Source: an uncultured virus (IMG/VR IMGVR_UViG_3300008339_009519) (Duplodnaviria > Heunggongvirae > Uroviricota > Caudoviricetes). From it: 64,000 nucleotides of DNA. Below, piece by piece: positions 29,113 to 38,490 of the stretch. Made by a program: the position numbers and the translations under genes. Within the stretch, counting starts at the first letter, position 1, and every line of letters starts with the position of its first letter. Location: the IMG/VR virus record IMGVR_UViG_3300008339_009519, positions 1-64,000 of that record. The stretch is one strand, 5' to 3'. The notes under the pieces were generated by a model. The model was not told where the DNA came from. It saw only the letters and a list, made by a program, of their open reading frames with translations, and made no database searches.

Positions 29113-30582
29113 TTACAATATATTGATACTAGACATGAGTTCTTCCATGTCTTCTGAGTTAACTATTTTAGCGTATGATTCTGCTGTTATCGGTTCATAT
29201 TCAACATATTTTTTATGCTGATCTATGTACTTAACTAGAGGAGAATTGTACACATATGTAGATCCAGTTATTCTATTTTTTGGGATCTGCAGTTGCATTA
29301 TATTCTCATCTTCTGAATCATCTCCACTTATTAATTTTTTTTCTGTAATAAATATTGTGACAGCACACTTTTGCTGGATAGAAAGAGAGCCGCCAGTATC
29401 AGACTGCTGAACTACTTCTCTTCTTTCTTTCATTCTGTTTGCGTTTTCTTGAGCTGTGATAATTAAGACGCAACTCATATCTCTAGCAAGCTTCTCTAGT
29501 CTAACCATCATCTCTTCAAACTCACCCCAACGTGGCTTACCTTTTCCTGAAGATCTAGTGAACATGGATTGGATTGTGTCAATCACAATAACGTCTGGGA
29601 TTAGTTCCGAATGACCCATAATGCTTCGTAGCCACTTTTCAAGGTCCTCAAAATATGGAGTATCTGGGTCATGTCTAACCATGAATCTGTCGCCCCACTG
29701 GTTTAGCTTTTCTTGGAACTTATTTAAGTTGTCTTCTTTTTCTTTATCAGACCAATTTGATGCTTCTGCATATACGTTCTTCTCTATTATCTGAGTCATA
29801 AGAACTCTTTCCCAGTGAGGAACTGCTTCCTCAAAGTTTACGTATAATACTCTATAACCAGTATCTGCCCAATTGTTAACTAAGCATTTGGCAAAAGTGC
29901 TTTTGCCTTTTCCAGAAGGAGCAATAATCGCATGAACTGCGCCCCTAAAGAAACCTCCCTCGTCCGTATACCCCATTGCTCTATTCAAAGATTTGTATTG
30001 GGTTGGAAGAAAACTTGGTATATCCAAAAGAGACTCTGCTCTTTTCGCTATATCTTCTGCTGTAGTAACGCTATCTAAAGGGTTAAAATTTAATTCATTT
30101 TCTAAGTTTTTAATTTCTGTTGTTATCTCAGAAATTCTAGCTATTTCTTTAGCTGTCTTTTCCCCTTTTTGAGTTAAAATAAACTCTAGTTCCTGGAGAA
30201 TATTAAGCTGCTTTTGTTTGTTGGCTCTATGTTTAATTACCTGAGTTACAGACTCATGATCTGATATCTTTATATTTAAAAGAATATCTATCATGGTGTC
30301 AACACCTATTGCACCACCAAGACCTGAATGTATATCTGTTTCTGATTCAAGCCAAGACTTAAAAGCAACCGGATCAACTAAGTCTAGTTTAGTAACATGA
30401 TGATAAGCTAAAAGTGCTTTGTAAAATTCATTTATTCCAATTTGGTTATTTATTGTGCCAACGATATCTTCAGGCAGTTGCGCGTCAAAGTACGCAATCG
30501 AGCCAGGGTTTCTAAGAGAAAGGGCAAAAACCTGGTATTCAATTGGATACTGAGGAGTCTCAGTCTTTACTTCTTCTTCCAT
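29113..30582 (-). CDS. dnaB: Replicative helicase, DnaB-like (SF4)
   Basis: APSGKGKST Walker A, YVNFEE, VIVIDTIQ, ITAQENA, PKNR. Confidence 0.85.
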   Translation of the reverse strand: MEEEVKTETPQYPIEYQVFALSLRNPGSIAYFDAQLPEDIVGTINNQIGINEFYKALLAYHHVTKLDLVDPVAFKSWLESETDIHSGLGGAIGVDTMIDILLNIKISDHESVTQVIKHRANKQKQLNILQELEFILTQKGEKTAKEIARISEITTEIKNLENELNFNPLDSVTTAEDIAKRAESLLDIPSFLPTQYKSLNRAMGYTDEGGFFRGAVHAIIAPSGKGKSTFAKCLVNNWADTGYRVLYVNFEEAVPHWERVLMTQIIEKNVYAEASNWSDKEKEDNLNKFQEKLNQWGDRFMVRHDPDTPYFEDLEKWLRSIMGHSELIPDVIVIDTIQSMFTRSSGKGKPRWGEFEEMMVRLEKLARDMSCVLIITAQENANRMKERREVVQQSDTGGSLSIQQKCAVTIFITEKKLISGDDSEDENIMQLQIPKNRITGSTYVYNSPLVKYIDQHKKYVEYEPITAESYAKIVNSEDMEELMSSINIL

Positions 30583-31225
30583 TTTTTCTTTGCTCTTTCA
30601 TCTGCTTATAATATTTTTTATTGCGTTCTGATCTTATCTCTTTTGCTTTTTGATACATCTGATTTTGTTTTACACTTGGTTTTTTTATTTTTTTAACTAC
30701 AGATTTATCATCGGCTGTACTTTTTATGGCGTCTAATATTCTAGCATAGACATTCTCTTCTGATATGTTGTCATTATATCTAAATACGACAAGTACAATT
30801 CCTTGTTCTGCACAAAGAACGGCTTTTTTGTCATCTCTCTTTTGTGCTTCAATAAACTCATCTTTAGAATCAAAAAATAATGGGCTATATTTGAAATGCT
30901 GTATGCCATGAAACTCAAGAGCAAGTTTGTAGGAAGGGCAATATACGTCTAATTTTAACCTATCTCCGATATGATATTCATTAACTATTTTTTGACCTGG
31001 TAATAGTTTTTTAGCAACGCTAGTTAAGACTGTTTGCCCCTTTGACATCTTTCTTCTGTGATCTTTTACCCAGTAAAGACCAAGTTTTTTAAGCATGGAG
31101 TTAAGCTCATTTAATGTCAACTCCATACTCTGGGCAATTGCAGAGAAAGATTTATCTGTCTCAAATAAAAGATGAGTCAGATACTGTTTGTCTGTAAGTT
31201 CGTCTTTTTTATTTCTTTGAATCAT
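30560..31225 (-). CDS. HTH plus DUF559/Vsr-like endonuclease
   Basis: LKLDVY..LALEFHGIQH...QKRDDKK..C. Confidence 0.75.
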   Translation of the reverse strand: MIQRNKKDELTDKQYLTHLLFETDKSFSAIAQSMELTLNELNSMLKKLGLYWVKDHRRKMSKGQTVLTSVAKKLLPGQKIVNEYHIGDRLKLDVYCPSYKLALEFHGIQHFKYSPLFFDSKDEFIEAQKRDDKKAVLCAEQGIVLVVFRYNDNISEENVYARILDAIKSTADDKSVVKKIKKPSVKQNQMYQKAKEIRSERNKKYYKQMKEQRKNGRRSKD

Positions 31226-31856
31226 TAGTCTTGACCAACGATCTAGCAGCGTTTAAAGTTCTACCAAGGTCAAGGATTGACATATTTGATTCTGCCCAAA
31301 TTTTGGGTGCAATTGCCGAACTTAGCATTGGGCAGTCAAGTATAACTATCTCTGCACCATTTCTATTAGAAAGTACTTCTTTAGTTATGCTATCTACTTT
31401 TGAATAAAAGTCATTGTATGGCACCTGTATAAAGGTTGAATCTGTGGAAAAGTATTTTCCTATGTATGATTCATTTTGGAATGAAACAACAACTGCTTTA
31501 GTATATTTAAAATACCACGAAGCGAAAGTTTTGAATACATCATAGTTATTATTAATGTAGTATTCTAAAAAACCTGGGTCATAAAAATTACTTGCGTTAA
31601 TACCCAATTCTTTAAATCTCTCAAGAGAAGAATTAACTAAATCGTTTTGAGCTGCTCTGACAAACAGTTCATCTTGATTTTGCAATCCATCAAGAATACA
31701 TTTCGTGAAATGCTTCGGTGGTTTTTTGTCACCCTTTACTTCACCTATTGCTGAAAAAATCGCAGATCTTGTGTATGTCACAAAAGCAAATCTTTGTTTG
31801 TTTTCTAGAAGAAGAGAAACTTTTTTGATTGTGTCTGGTGCATTATATGTTTTCAT
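31209..31856 (-). CDS. Possible GT-D-fold-like protein
   Basis: FIQVPYNDFY, ILDLGRTL; weak resemblance. Confidence 0.4.
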   Translation of the reverse strand: MKTYNAPDTIKKVSLLLENKQRFAFVTYTRSAIFSAIGEVKGDKKPPKHFTKCILDGLQNQDELFVRAAQNDLVNSSLERFKELGINASNFYDPGFLEYYINNNYDVFKTFASWYFKYTKAVVVSFQNESYIGKYFSTDSTFIQVPYNDFYSKVDSITKEVLSNRNGAEIVILDCPMLSSAIAPKIWAESNMSILDLGRTLNAARSLVKTNDSKK

Positions 31857-32554
31857 ATTCCGAAATTTCCCCAGTTAATTAGTGTTGGATTAGGATCGAT
31901 AATTGATTGGATATGGTTTAAGTTGTGAAACTCGCCCTTGTCTAAATTCATGTATCTCATATACTTATTTTGCTTGTCGTCATCGTAAGTATATCCTAAG
32001 TGCTGCATGATTAAGCCAGAGTGGAGCCAATAATTTTTTCTTCTAATGTCTTCAACTACATATGTAGGTTCAGAACCACAAGCTAACTTGCGATCTAAAA
32101 ACTTACCATCAGGTTTAAATCTAAAGATTCTTGAGCTATTATTGGGTGCCCATAGTTTATCAACTCTATATTGTGATTCATTCCACATATGATAAAAACG
32201 CACATTTACTACATCATATGGTGATTTATCTAAAACTGTTTTAATATTACTATTATTAATATCTTCAACGTTGTACAGCTTTTCATCACAGTCTATTGCG
32301 ATAATCCAATCGCCTTCACTTGCGTGATTTTCTAAATTGCGCCAAGCTTTTGCTCGTAGCAAACCTTCATTTGAAGAAAATAAAGGCTCTTCATTTGAGT
32401 AGACTTCCGCATACTTCTTAGCTATTTCAGCTGTGTCATCTGTTGAGCAGTCGTCTGTAAAAACTATTTTATCTACTTGGCTTTTAATTCTCTGAAGAAC
32501 TGGCTCCAAAAATCTAGAAGACTCATTTCTTCCAACCATTTGTGCAATGATCAT
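31853..32554 (-). CDS. Glycosyltransferase family 2
   Basis: GRNE, TDDCSTDDT, WIIAIDCDE, HLGY. Confidence 0.85.
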   Translation of the reverse strand: MIIAQMVGRNESSRFLEPVLQRIKSQVDKIVFTDDCSTDDTAEIAKKYAEVYSNEEPLFSSNEGLLRAKAWRNLENHASEGDWIIAIDCDEKLYNVEDINNSNIKTVLDKSPYDVVNVRFYHMWNESQYRVDKLWAPNNSSRIFRFKPDGKFLDRKLACGSEPTYVVEDIRRKNYWLHSGLIMQHLGYTYDDDKQNKYMRYMNLDKGEFHNLNHIQSIIDPNPTLINWGNFGI

Positions 32555-32571
32555 TTTTACTCCAATGTATA

Positions 32572-32607
32572 GAAAAGCCAGAGCTAGAAAAAAATCTAGC
32601 CCTGGCT
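32572..32607 (-). terminator. Intrinsic terminator
   Basis: Minus strand AGCCAGGGCTAGA-loop-TCTAGCTCTGGC-TTTT. Confidence 0.7.
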
Positions 32608-32612
32608 AGTAC

Positions 32613-32804
32613 TTATGCTGATAATTGATTGATTTGCTTGTGTGCCTGTACAGATGAAATACGTTCGATATCTGTTGACTTAAACAGAACCTCACCATTT
32701 ACATTGCGACGACCCATGCTGATCTTCTCAGCATCTTGCTTATTCTTTGCCTTTACAAGAGTTGTTGTAACTACTGCAAAGTAATTGAACTTATTGTCGG
32801 ACAT
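32613..32804 (-). CDS. Hypothetical protein
   Basis: AAGGA SD; VKAKNKQDAEK. Confidence 0.7.
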   Translation of the reverse strand: MSDNKFNYFAVVTTTLVKAKNKQDAEKISMGRRNVNGEVLFKSTDIERISSVQAHKQINQLSA

Positions 32805-32818
32805 TTTTTTTCCTTCCG

Positions 32819-33232
32819 TTATTTTTTTGATGGATATGTATTAGAGATATATTCTACAGCTTCTTCTAGTGTGTCTGCAACTTTTGTTGCAAGAAACTTC
32901 AGATAAATTCTGTGTTGTAGATTTTGATGAGCCCAAACAATAACAGGCTGATTGTTTAAATGAGCCCACGTCATTTCAAAGTCAGTTCCTATATAAGCCC
33001 TATATAATATCGTGTATTCTACCAGCAGGATATCACAGCTTTTTTGAAGGAAGAGATTCTTATCTACTATTTCTTTTGGTTCGCAGTCCTCTTCTTCTAA
33101 GGCATAGTCCATTGGATTAATGGCCTTAAAACCTCTTTGATCTAAAAGTAAAGTAGCTTCATCTCTCCAACTATACTTAAAATCAGAAGTAACATCTTCT
33201 ATTGCACCTGATAAAAACACTCTTGTTTGCAT
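32819..33232 (-). CDS. Nucleoside 2-deoxyribosyltransferase-like / nucleotide N-hydrolase
   Basis: VFLSGAI..WR..INP..IVDKN..SCDILLV..GTDFE. Confidence 0.75.
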   Translation of the reverse strand: MQTRVFLSGAIEDVTSDFKYSWRDEATLLLDQRGFKAINPMDYALEEEDCEPKEIVDKNLFLQKSCDILLVEYTILYRAYIGTDFEMTWAHLNNQPVIVWAHQNLQHRIYLKFLATKVADTLEEAVEYISNTYPSKK

Positions 33233-33239
33233 TTTTTTC

Positions 33240-33338
33240 CTAATCGTCATCTTCTACGCCTCTGTCCCCACAAACCGGATCCTGAGGGATTGGCTTTGGA
33301 CAATGGCATATGTAAGATCTTACTCCTATTATTATCAT
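33240..33338 (-). CDS. Cys-containing peptide, 32 aa
   Basis: ATGA overlap; MIIIGVRSYICHCPKPIPQDPVCGDRGVEDDD. Confidence 0.45.
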   Translation of the reverse strand: MIIIGVRSYICHCPKPIPQDPVCGDRGVEDDD

Positions 33339-33739
33339 ACTGGCCAATAATACTCTAAATCACTTGGTTCGTCAAAAAATTGAGAATAATATTGATAGTC
33401 TTTTCTCAAGAGGTTAGACCTATGGGACCTATGAAATTCATCAGCGCCGAACCAAGGTGGCATAACTACATCAAGTGCATCAAAAACTTCAAACTGCATG
33501 GTGTTTTTATATCCTCGCTTAACCCATTCAGCTATCGTATAGTTCTGATATAACTGGAGAGCAGCTTCATGCCCATCCCACATGCGTGTTACAGGATGGT
33601 TGCGCCAACCTTTTGACGGAGTACGGCCAAGAAGAATATTTAAAACTTGGAAAGTTTCTACTCGTTGCTTTCCAAGCCTACGATAATCTAATACCCGAAC
33701 TGATTCTTGAAAATCTGGATATGGTAAAAACGTTTGCAT
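33335..33739 (-). CDS. MSMEG_6728-family / pyrimidine-dimer DNA glycosylase-like protein
   Basis: MQTFLPYPDF..LD.RRLGKQRVE..GWRNHP..MW..SHRSNLLRKD. Confidence 0.88.
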   Translation of the reverse strand: MQTFLPYPDFQESVRVLDYRRLGKQRVETFQVLNILLGRTPSKGWRNHPVTRMWDGHEAALQLYQNYTIAEWVKRGYKNTMQFEVFDALDVVMPPWFGADEFHRSHRSNLLRKDYQYYSQFFDEPSDLEYYWPV

Positions 33740-34140
33740 TATGCCTTCTTGAATTCCTCAAAAGTTTTGTCACCTACACCAAAGTATTCTCTAGCTAATC
33801 CAGCCTTAACAATTTCTGTGTTCAAGCACTCCCCAGCTTCGTTCCATACTTTAGCAAGGATTCTACCATACTTTTCATTCTTATCTAAGATAGTTTCAAT
33901 CTTTACCTTATTATTGGCTTTCTTAATCCATTGATCAGTAAACTCTTTTGCTGCGAGGCCCATCTTCTTTTCTTCAAGATTTGTGGTGCGGCTTTCCGGT
34001 GTATTAACTCCATAGAGTCTCACACTCTTTGGGCCAATGTGAACTTCAAAACCAAGATCTATATTGATCTTAAATGTATCTCCGTCTACTACCTTAACAA
34101 CTTCTGCGTTGTACAAATAAACATTAAATTTGTCTGACAT
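33739..34140 (-). CDS. Thermonuclease (SNase-like)
   Basis: VVDGDT..DLGF..VRLYGVNTPE..KYGRILA. Confidence 0.9.
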   Translation of the reverse strand: MSDKFNVYLYNAEVVKVVDGDTFKINIDLGFEVHIGPKSVRLYGVNTPESRTTNLEEKKMGLAAKEFTDQWIKKANNKVKIETILDKNEKYGRILAKVWNEAGECLNTEIVKAGLAREYFGVGDKTFEEFKKA

Positions 34141-34141
34141 A

Positions 34142-34945
34142 TTAATCTCTTTCTATTCCTATAGTGTCGCATGCGTTGCGAAATATTGATTGACTTACCT
34201 TGAACTGAGCATCAGCGTGGCTGTAGCCTTCTCCTGGCTTCGGAGAAGACGCATGCCAGCTATGACCAATAGAAACTGTTCCATCATACACTACATTGTA
34301 GCCACGATGACGTGCAAAATATGAGCACCAAGTTTCTTCATAGTAGTGAGGTGTTGGAAGGAATGCCCCTATTGCCTGAGGATACATCTTTCTGTACTCT
34401 TCGTCATTTGTAAGAGCCTCCCAAACTGATCTTCTAATAAAATATGCAGATCCGGAGACTGTAACGCACTCTACTCTGTCTCTATAGAGAATGTCTTCCG
34501 CATCGTATTCTCTCCAACCACGATGTTTTGGTGCTGTATTGGTCCCTACAATACCCGCGTGAGTTATTCTTCCGGATTCATCTCTTTGTTTTGGCCCAAG
34601 AATATGTATATCTGGATTCTGATCAAATATTTTTTGGACCTTCACAACATCTTCGCTAGTTAGCCACACATCAGCATTCAAAAGACAAATGATATCACTA
34701 TCAGTATTTGCTGCCATAAGGTTGCACGCAGCCGAATAACCCACATTTTCATTCTTCCAAGCTTTATTTATAAAATACTTATCTTTAAAAGATTCTAACC
34801 ATTTCCAAGAATCGTCAACAGAACCATTATCACAAATATTTAAAGTCCAAAGTTTTTTTGTATATTTAAGATCACCATGCAGCATATCCAACATGCGTTG
34901 CAGCATCGGTCTTGTGTTGTAATTAACAATACATAGGTCTATCAT
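34142..34945 (-). CDS. Glycosyltransferase family 2
   Basis: IVNYNT, DNGSVD, NVGYSAACN, LLNAD, VSGS, YYEET. Confidence 0.88.
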   Translation of the reverse strand: MIDLCIVNYNTRPMLQRMLDMLHGDLKYTKKLWTLNICDNGSVDDSWKWLESFKDKYFINKAWKNENVGYSAACNLMAANTDSDIICLLNADVWLTSEDVVKVQKIFDQNPDIHILGPKQRDESGRITHAGIVGTNTAPKHRGWREYDAEDILYRDRVECVTVSGSAYFIRRSVWEALTNDEEYRKMYPQAIGAFLPTPHYYEETWCSYFARHRGYNVVYDGTVSIGHSWHASSPKPGEGYSHADAQFKVSQSIFRNACDTIGIERD

Positions 34946-35202
34946 ATCAAAGAGCTCTTTGCTATAGTAATTTCAAAACAGTCACTTGGGTTAAAGCCCA
35001 TGTCAAGTAGTTCAAAAAAATCTTCTTTTGCGTTAGACAAATCGTCTATAAAAAACTCGCTCAATCTATTTAAATACTGTTGAGTATTTATTGTTTGTGA
35101 TTTTATATTTTTATTATCTATAAACTTTTTTTGGTTTATTTTACCAGCAATAAAGCCAAGTATAAACAGAGAACTTATTACGAGCTTAGATTTACCATTC
35201 AT
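34942..35202 (-). CDS. Hypothetical protein with N-terminal hydrophobic segment
   Basis: ORF in operon; exact start uncertain. Confidence 0.5.
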   Translation of the reverse strand: MNGKSKLVISSLFILGFIAGKINQKKFIDNKNIKSQTINTQQYLNRLSEFFIDDLSNAKEDFFELLDMGFNPSDCFEITIAKSSLI

Positions 35203-35428
35203 CATTTTCACTATCTACTGGGGCAATAAAAGCATTTTCAATTGATAAATTTATAGCAGAAAATATTCTTGTATAGATATCTTTTTCTTTTTCTGTAATA
35301 TTTCCGCGCAACATACTACCATATGTTTTTTGGATATGTAGAAGAATTTCTAGATCTTCTATTAAATAAGATTGGTTATTTTCAAGTTTAATTTGAACTT
35401 TCTTTTTCTGATGGGTTTTCTTACTCAT
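35192..35428 (-). CDS. Hypothetical protein
   Basis: Coupled ORF. Confidence 0.6.
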   Translation of the reverse strand: MSKKTHQKKKVQIKLENNQSYLIEDLEILLHIQKTYGSMLRGNITEKEKDIYTRIFSAINLSIENAFIAPVDSENDEW

Positions 35429-35654
35429 TGCTTTTCTTCTCTTTTATTTCTGCTTTTAACACTTCTTCTTGTGGCACTTGGTGCACTGATATCTCTTCGC
35501 TATCTGGCTCATATGTTACAAACAAAATTCTTTTGTCCTCTAACTTACAACCTTCTGGTGGGGCTGATTCAAGTGCTATCTTTTTTGATGCTGATCCATA
35601 AACTTGACTAGAGTTTTTGTATACAACAATATAATTTAGTTTACCTGCTGCCAT
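35421..35654 (-). CDS. Hypothetical protein
   Basis: TAATG coupling to thyX. Confidence 0.65.
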   Translation of the reverse strand: MAAGKLNYIVVYKNSSQVYGSASKKIALESAPPEGCKLEDKRILFVTYEPDSEEISVHQVPQEEVLKAEIKEKKSNE

Positions 35655-36349
35655 TACATCCCCAATAGTGCGTATAAAGAAACTGGATAAAGAGGTTTTA
35701 CTAGCTCATGCACAGCTTTTGCATACTCTTGTATTTCTGCTTGGGAGTCCTCAGAAAGTCTCTGATTTAAGAAAAGAGCCACTGACTGAAGACTGCAAGA
35801 CCATCTATATGAAAGATACATCCCGTACGCTGGCAAAAATAAACGAGCTTGTTCTGGTGCAATTCCATTATCTATAGCCATATTATAAAGTGATTCACAC
35901 TTTTCCATTAGTTCTTTTAACTCTGTTGTAAGCACAGAACCTATCCACGGCCCAGCTAAACCAGCAGAACCTTGCTTCTTATCTTCAGCTGCAAGTCTCC
36001 ATTGTTCAGCTGTTGGAAGATAGAACTCTGGCTCTTGTGTTATATATCTTCTTGACGATTCATTCCAGGAGTCCATTGTATGATCAGATCCTACTACGTA
36101 CTTCCAGTGTTGACGAGCAACCATAAGCGGAGCATAAAATTCAAATGTAATAAACGCATGTCTGAATGGAGACATGTGATTTTCTCTAGCTAAAAAGCTT
36201 ATTAGCTTTGCGTCGTTTTGTGAAAAGTTTTCTGACTCTTTTGCAAAGGATGCTCTAGCGGCATTGACGACTGATAGGTCACTGCCCATGTGATCTACCA
36301 GTCGGACATAGCCTTTATCAAGAACTGATATCTTATTCTCTGTTGTCAT
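35654..36349 (-). CDS. thyX: FAD-dependent thymidylate synthase
   Basis: VVNAARASF, HMSPFRH, VARQ, WNESSRRY, EQARLFLP, QAEIQEYA. Confidence 0.95.
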   Translation of the reverse strand: MTTENKISVLDKGYVRLVDHMGSDLSVVNAARASFAKESENFSQNDAKLISFLARENHMSPFRHAFITFEFYAPLMVARQHWKYVVGSDHTMDSWNESSRRYITQEPEFYLPTAEQWRLAAEDKKQGSAGLAGPWIGSVLTTELKELMEKCESLYNMAIDNGIAPEQARLFLPAYGMYLSYRWSCSLQSVALFLNQRLSEDSQAEIQEYAKAVHELVKPLYPVSLYALLGM

Positions 36350-36356
36350 AATAGAG

Positions 36357-36365
36357 ATTATATCA
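36357..36365 (-). promoter_or_regulatory. Extended -10 promoter (TGATATAAT), leaderless thyX transcript
   Basis: 7 nt between the -10 and the ATG, no SD; same layout at 3646, 12948, 13752 and 18271. Confidence 0.7.
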
Positions 36366-36366
36366 T

Positions 36367-38481
36367 TTATTGTTGTGTATTGCTATCCTTTATAAATTTT
36401 ATTTCACAAGAATCTGTTGTGCAATAACGCTCTCCAATAGCATCAGCTGCCATTCCAGCATACACTCCAGAGAGATCTATTGGAAACAAAGACATTGAAG
36501 CTGTTGTATATTCCTCTTCTGTAATTTGAGTGTACGGCATTTGCGGGTATGTGTCGTTTCCGCTTGGAAGAAACGATACAGTTTTTAACTGTCCATCATA
36601 CATATGAAGAACTGTGCCAACATGCTGTGCTTCTGTATCTTTATTAAAAGATATTGTTACAGATACTGAATTATCTGACCAGTATCTTTGTGCCATGGCA
36701 GCTAATGACATTTTTTCAAATATTGTTACGTCACGTTCTGCTCTTGCAGCTTCTGATTTAATTGGGAAGTATACAACAGATGTTGTATCTGGTGATTCAG
36801 ATGCTGGTTCAACTGTGTAATTAGCCATTCTAAACAAGGGAAGCATTGGATCATCGTTAGAGAATCTAATTGTTCTATTGAAGAACTTTCCACCTGGGGT
36901 CCAGTGGACTCCAGGAGACTCTCCAGCAAGTATTGACACAGTTCCAGATGGCTTTACAGTTGTCATTTTAATAGATTCACGAATACCTAGCCATTCTGAG
37001 TAAACGTTATCATATCTTTGTATTGTTTTGTAACCTTCGTCCATCCACTCACGAAGAGCTGGAACGCCGACACGATCAGCAAAGTTTGCCACACCAGACA
37101 TAGAAGTGCCGATGCGTCGGTTTCTTTGCATGATTGCATTTGTTTCTTCCCAGTGTGTTGGGAGAAGAGTAACTGTTTTTGCATAGAGGTATGCAAACTT
37201 TAAGGTTCTCTTGTAGTCTTCTAGGCTTTCATGTCTGTTTAAATAAGTTTCTACTAGCGTGCAGCATTCAAAAGACTCTAATGATTGTTCCGCGCAAGGA
37301 TTGTAGCCAGCTACACGATGATCCTTGTTGTTTGGTGCATCAGCAAGGCGCCCATACTTGCGGCTCATATCCATCCAGAGAACTCCTGGCTCTCCATTAC
37401 GAGCTATGCCCTCTACTATTGCGCTCAGGTCTGTCCCAACTTCAGTTTCCACTGAGTTATTTGACATCCATCCCCAGCCTGGAGCATTTGAATCATAGGA
37501 GTTTCTTTCTGGAAATACTTCAGCGTTTTTTAAATTTAAGAAATCTTGATCATCAATGCGGCCAATCAAAAGTTCTGCGGAACGGCGAACATTACCAGAA
37601 ACCACACAAACACCAATTAAGTTACCAATGTCTGCGATGTCTTTTCTTGTAAGTTTTTCTCCAGCTCTACCATTAAACATTTTTCTAATCTGCTTATGAA
37701 GCTTTTCTAAAGGCTCATGACCTGCAGCAATGCCACCAAAAGTTTTAATTGGAGTGCCAGCTGGTCTTATGAGAGAGTAATCAAAATATACTTCGTTTTG
37801 AGAAGACTTAAGATAAGAGTCAATCAACATTGCTGTTGAGATATACCAGCCCTCTCGAGTATCAGGAACAATATAGGTCGCAGTAGATGAGTCTACTGGA
37901 TTTGGTGAATAGATTGTGAAGTCTTTATCTGCACCTTTGTCGTCAAAACCTACGCCAACACCCAACATAGAGGCTTCCATAAGGAAGGAAAAAGGCTTTG
38001 ATGGATTTAACTTAGTCATTTCTGCTGTAGAAACAAAAGCGCAGTTTTGAAGTGCTGCTGAATTCTTTTGTATGTTTACAATATTAGTTCCCATAGCCCA
38101 CAAACCGCGACCTGGTGGTGTCCACTTCAAATTAAACAAACGATCAAAAGCTTCTTTAGCTGAAGCCTGTGCTTTTGCATCGTTCCATGGAAGCCTATTC
38201 TTTTTACAGTGATCTTTTTGCAGAGAGTACATTCCGTTGATAACTCTCTCACAAACATCTGACCAAGATTCTTTAGTTCCATCTTCTTTTAAGCGTGAGT
38301 ATGTACGCAAAAAAGTAATTTCACCCACAGAGTTTCCTCCAGCATCTCTGTAACCAAAAGGAGCAATCTTTTCTTTATAGCTAGCTATAAAATCATCGGT
38401 TAATTTAAAAGAAAACATTGATGATAATTTATTGGCGATTGGTGCTAAATCGGGATTTCCGTTTTCAATTTCTTCTGACAT
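36367..38481 (-). CDS. nrdJ: Class II adenosylcobalamin-dependent ribonucleotide reductase
   Basis: FLRTYSR, PPGRGLW, NCAF, GNVRRSA, NPCAEQ, TTVKPSGT, C-terminal CTTDSC. Confidence 0.93.
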   Translation of the reverse strand: MSEEIENGNPDLAPIANKLSSMFSFKLTDDFIASYKEKIAPFGYRDAGGNSVGEITFLRTYSRLKEDGTKESWSDVCERVINGMYSLQKDHCKKNRLPWNDAKAQASAKEAFDRLFNLKWTPPGRGLWAMGTNIVNIQKNSAALQNCAFVSTAEMTKLNPSKPFSFLMEASMLGVGVGFDDKGADKDFTIYSPNPVDSSTATYIVPDTREGWYISTAMLIDSYLKSSQNEVYFDYSLIRPAGTPIKTFGGIAAGHEPLEKLHKQIRKMFNGRAGEKLTRKDIADIGNLIGVCVVSGNVRRSAELLIGRIDDQDFLNLKNAEVFPERNSYDSNAPGWGWMSNNSVETEVGTDLSAIVEGIARNGEPGVLWMDMSRKYGRLADAPNNKDHRVAGYNPCAEQSLESFECCTLVETYLNRHESLEDYKRTLKFAYLYAKTVTLLPTHWEETNAIMQRNRRIGTSMSGVANFADRVGVPALREWMDEGYKTIQRYDNVYSEWLGIRESIKMTTVKPSGTVSILAGESPGVHWTPGGKFFNRTIRFSNDDPMLPLFRMANYTVEPASESPDTTSVVYFPIKSEAARAERDVTIFEKMSLAAMAQRYWSDNSVSVTISFNKDTEAQHVGTVLHMYDGQLKTVSFLPSGNDTYPQMPYTQITEEEYTTASMSLFPIDLSGVYAGMAADAIGERYCTTDSCEIKFIKDSNTQQ

Positions 38482-38490
38482 TTATTTCTC

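Noticed and set aside
22752..38481. Inteins or introns in dnaE, dnaB or nrdJ
   Set aside because: Lengths and motif spacing look normal; no splice-junction motifs seen
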